From Schmidtea nova (lineage: Eukaryota), in assembly GCA_044892505.1 (NCBI GenBank), contig CM097884.1, positions 19,282,001-19,346,000 on the forward strand: a stretch of 64,000 nucleotides of DNA, read 5' to 3'. Every line of letters starts with the position of its first letter. Position 1 is the first letter of the stretch. This document shows positions 61,181 through 64,000 of this stretch, piece by piece. The notes beneath the pieces are model-generated. The model saw only the letters and a list, made by a program, of their open reading frames with translations, was not told where the DNA came from and ran no database searches. A program made the translations under genes and the position numbers.

Positions 61181-62147
61181 GAAAATAATCACTTAACCTA
61201 GTACAAAAAGCTGTCCAACACGTGTTGTAAAATTAATACGCAAAACAGATTCTTTTCTATACAAACAGATTCCTTTCTATACAACAGATTCCTTTCTATA
61301 CAAAGCATACATAATTTGTCATACTGCCTAATTATGCGCAAACAGTAAGACACATAAAATGACCAGAGATGAGCGGAGCCAGAGCCTGATCTAGTCCTCT
61401 ACGAGTAAGCTGCTGACTAAGCGATGCGTGATACACACAATTTTAATGAGGGATGGTTGTCTCGCCGTGGGGAGTAGTAGAAACAGTTTTTAAGAACGTG
61501 GCAACCATTCCTGCCATTATGAGTGTTAGGCCAAAAAAATATCCTTGCCAAGATGAGTAGAAATGGTTAAATTAAACAAAACTCATTTATAAATAACAAA
61601 TTAAAAATATAAATTTTATAATTTTTGCAAAAATATAAAAAATGAGATACTTAAACTGATTTTAGTTAAATAAAATTAAAAATAGAAAAAAATTAGATAC
61701 AAATATGTTGATGTTTTTACCGTCGAAAAAAAAACTTTCAAAAACGGTGACTTTTTCTTTTGTCTTAATTTGATACATTACACTCTTTTGACAGAACATT
61801 ATTTTGAGTTGGAATATGTGGGGAAAATTGCAATCTTCAAATTATATTGCCTATAGATGTTTTACTCGGGATGTACGGTAAAGGTGGTTAAAAACGTTTT
61901 ATATTCCATGCTAGTATCTATATAATTGTATCTTCATACGAACTTTTAATTAGCCTATGTCGGAATTATCTTATATAATTAATGATATTTGTGTGCTTAT
62001 TAATAGATGTCGATTAATAAATCTTTAGATTACATAACTATGCTGTCCATGGATGTGCAATGGGTAAAAGAGAATTTCACCAATGAAAGAGTGTTAATCA
62101 GTAAGAAGTAACTACTATTGATACGTTAAAAAGGCATAAATTAATAC

Positions 62148-62404
62148 CTGTGTCAAAGGAACAGAGAGAAATAATTCTTGAATATATTGCCTAGATAACC
62201 TAGAAAAGCCATACAAACTCATTATAATACAAATTTCTGAAAACAAGCAAGGATCCATCCAAAATAGTTGACTTTGACCACTTTTTAATCTTGCAAGATT
62301 GATTTCGGTTTTCTTTGTTTTTGAACTAATAGTAAGCATGAGACTGACTGATTTCAGGATCTTTTGCCGAAATTCAATAACTTCTTCACTGGCTAAATGG
62401 TAAA
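62148..62404 (-). CDS. RICTOR: RICTOR C-terminal-domain exon
   Basis: EFRQKILKSVSLMLTISSKTKKTEINLARLKSGQSQLFWMDPCLFSEICIIMSLYGFSRLSRQYIQELFLSV aligns with the remembered vertebrate Rictor end (LRKEVLRLV...FDDICLYSEVSHLLSHCTFRLPCRRFIQELFQDV). Donor CAG|GTATTA at 62148. Acceptor at 62392 or 62404. Confidence 0.75.
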
Positions 62405-63415
62405 CTTTAGTATTAACAAGGTTTACCAGAAATTAAATATTTTTATTCTCAAATTTTAAAATCTAAATAAATTTGAGACATTGGACCACGATTTATGGTA
62501 ACCAAACGTTCACATTTTTGTTATAAAATATGTCCAGCTCCACTCCTTTATAAGCAAGGATGTTTAATAATAAAAATAATCGGCAAAATGCCTATGAAAC
62601 AAATATAGTAGCACTTTGACTTCGCTCAACATACGAACTTTTTTGAGATACAAACTTTTTCATAACTGATTTTGACCTCTATGTACGAGCCTAGATTCGA
62701 GATACGAACCACTGTGGTGTTTGCTGTTATTAGGCCACATTTGTCTGGAATACGGCTTAATGAGTGGTATATGCAACACATGCAGAAGGTACATGTATTT
62801 TTGTGTATCTAATTTGATTTTTGTGTAATCAAACAATCTAATTAGTGAAGAGTTTTTTAGGTTTGTATAAATTAGTGTACTTTATGTATGCATTTCTTTT
62901 TGTGATGTCTATAGGAAGAATGATGGAATGACAGCAATACGCGAGTTCGAGACGAACGGGTATGTGTGTATGGAGAGGTACGTTAGTCGAGTATACCTAA
63001 GTCAAACGGAAAACGGGAAAATGATCTCTCCATTTCACGTCTTCCAACTCATAAAGGATCTGTTAGAAGAATAAAACATTGAGCTGATCATTGAAGAGAT
63101 ACAAGAGTTAAGAAGAGAGCGGTAAAAAGTAAAAGAAGAGCAAGAACTCTTGTTGGTAAACAGCTTTCAGTTCAGAAAGAACGTCTTCTCTATTTTTTCC
63201 TTTCAGAAAGAGAAAGCGAATAACGCTACCGTATTGAATAGTTTCCAGAGGCATTTTTCGAATATTCGCAAAAATATACTTAAACAATAATGGATTATTA
63301 AAACAAAATACATTTTCTTTACCTAAATATGTTGAAGTTTCAATATGTATGTTTCAATTTCTTTACTATTATTATTTCTATATTAGTCTCACGACTTATT
63401 GGGCGCACCACGTAC

Positions 63416-63448
63416 ACACTTGATAAAGGCTGTGCCAAAATATTATGT
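63416..63448 (+). ncRNA. Decayed minimal hammerhead, U3-A8 core (family B)
   Basis: ACAC TTGATAA A GGC TGT GCC AAAA TAT T ATGT: intact 3-bp stem II, G12 mutated to A. Confidence 0.5.
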
Positions 63449-63678
63449 ACTTAACCAAAATATTTTGATTTACATCAGTTTTCGTAGTTTAAAACGAACT
63501 ATGATACAAGTAGGTGTGTACAGCTACGTGTTACTCATAGTTGCTTTGTTCAATTTTTTATTTATTCTATTAGACATTTTTTTTAAATGGATATCAGGTA
63601 AGTTTATTTATCAAGATATCTTTTAATTTTTAATAAGTAAAGCTTGTGATACTTTGTGATACCCAGTGCAAATCCCCA

Positions 63679-63720
63679 ATAGCAGACTAGTTTCGAGCTT
63701 TTTGCTCTCATCAGTGCTAT
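63679..63720 (-). ncRNA. Canonical minimal type-I hammerhead ribozyme (family D)
   Basis: Minus strand reads ATAGCA CTGATGA GAGC AAAAA GCTC GAAA CTAG T C TGCTAT: 6-bp stem I, 4-bp stem II, palindromic ACTAGT stem III, GUC cleavage site. Confidence 0.9.
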
Positions 63721-64000
63721 GCAGGAGACGCGAAAATTTCTCTCCGCGCCAGGTAAGTATAAAACAAAGTCGAAAGATTTTGTTATATACTATACCTGGT
63801 ACACTGGATAAAACATCACTTGAATATGCAAGGCCCTACAGATAATCTGTAACTTGCAAACATGGCGTATGAATTTCATTTTCACCTCAGCGCACTAAAA
63901 GTGTTCAACAGAAACTGTTTGCAAGCGCACCCGACTGCCTTAGCTTCATTATTTCAATTTCTTGAAATATCTTTTGAAAAAAAAATATTTTTGTCGTATG

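Overview
This is a very AT-rich eukaryotic scaffold with several N gaps and (TA)n/(ATT)n microsatellites. Short 45-55 nt GT-AG introns and a highly diverged Rictor exon suggest a planarian-like invertebrate, but the taxon is inferred, not shown. Host genes: (i) a + strand multi-exon gene assembled by hand from 8 phase-compatible exons (16635-41263) encoding CUE + coiled coil + RanBP2/NZF zinc finger, a TAB2/TAB3-like architecture; (ii) one - strand RICTOR C-terminal exon (62148-~62404). Most of the rest is decayed mobile DNA: hAT (two transposase remnants plus MITEs), pogo/Tigger, three mariner remnants, a Tc1/IS630-like remnant, a MULE with FLYWCH domain, piggyBac and three TTAA MITEs, a solo LTR, two Penelope GIY-YIG remnants and an RLE-clade non-LTR RT fragment. 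Highlights: (1) a truncated Polinton/Maverick with an intact A32-like packaging ATPase, an AGTAGT terminus and spliced or orphan accessory genes, sitting inside a piggyBac transposase; (2) eight minimal type-I hammerhead ribozyme motifs in four sequence families, including U3-A8 core variants and one canonical copy next to a 19-nt U1 snRNA 5'-end-like sequence in a fold-back unit; (3) an in-frame ARF-GTPase/actin chimeric pseudogene joined at a shared Leu-Lys/Arg microhomology; (4) a repeat family whose diverged copies keep compensatory hairpins. All calls were made by eye; no database searches were run.
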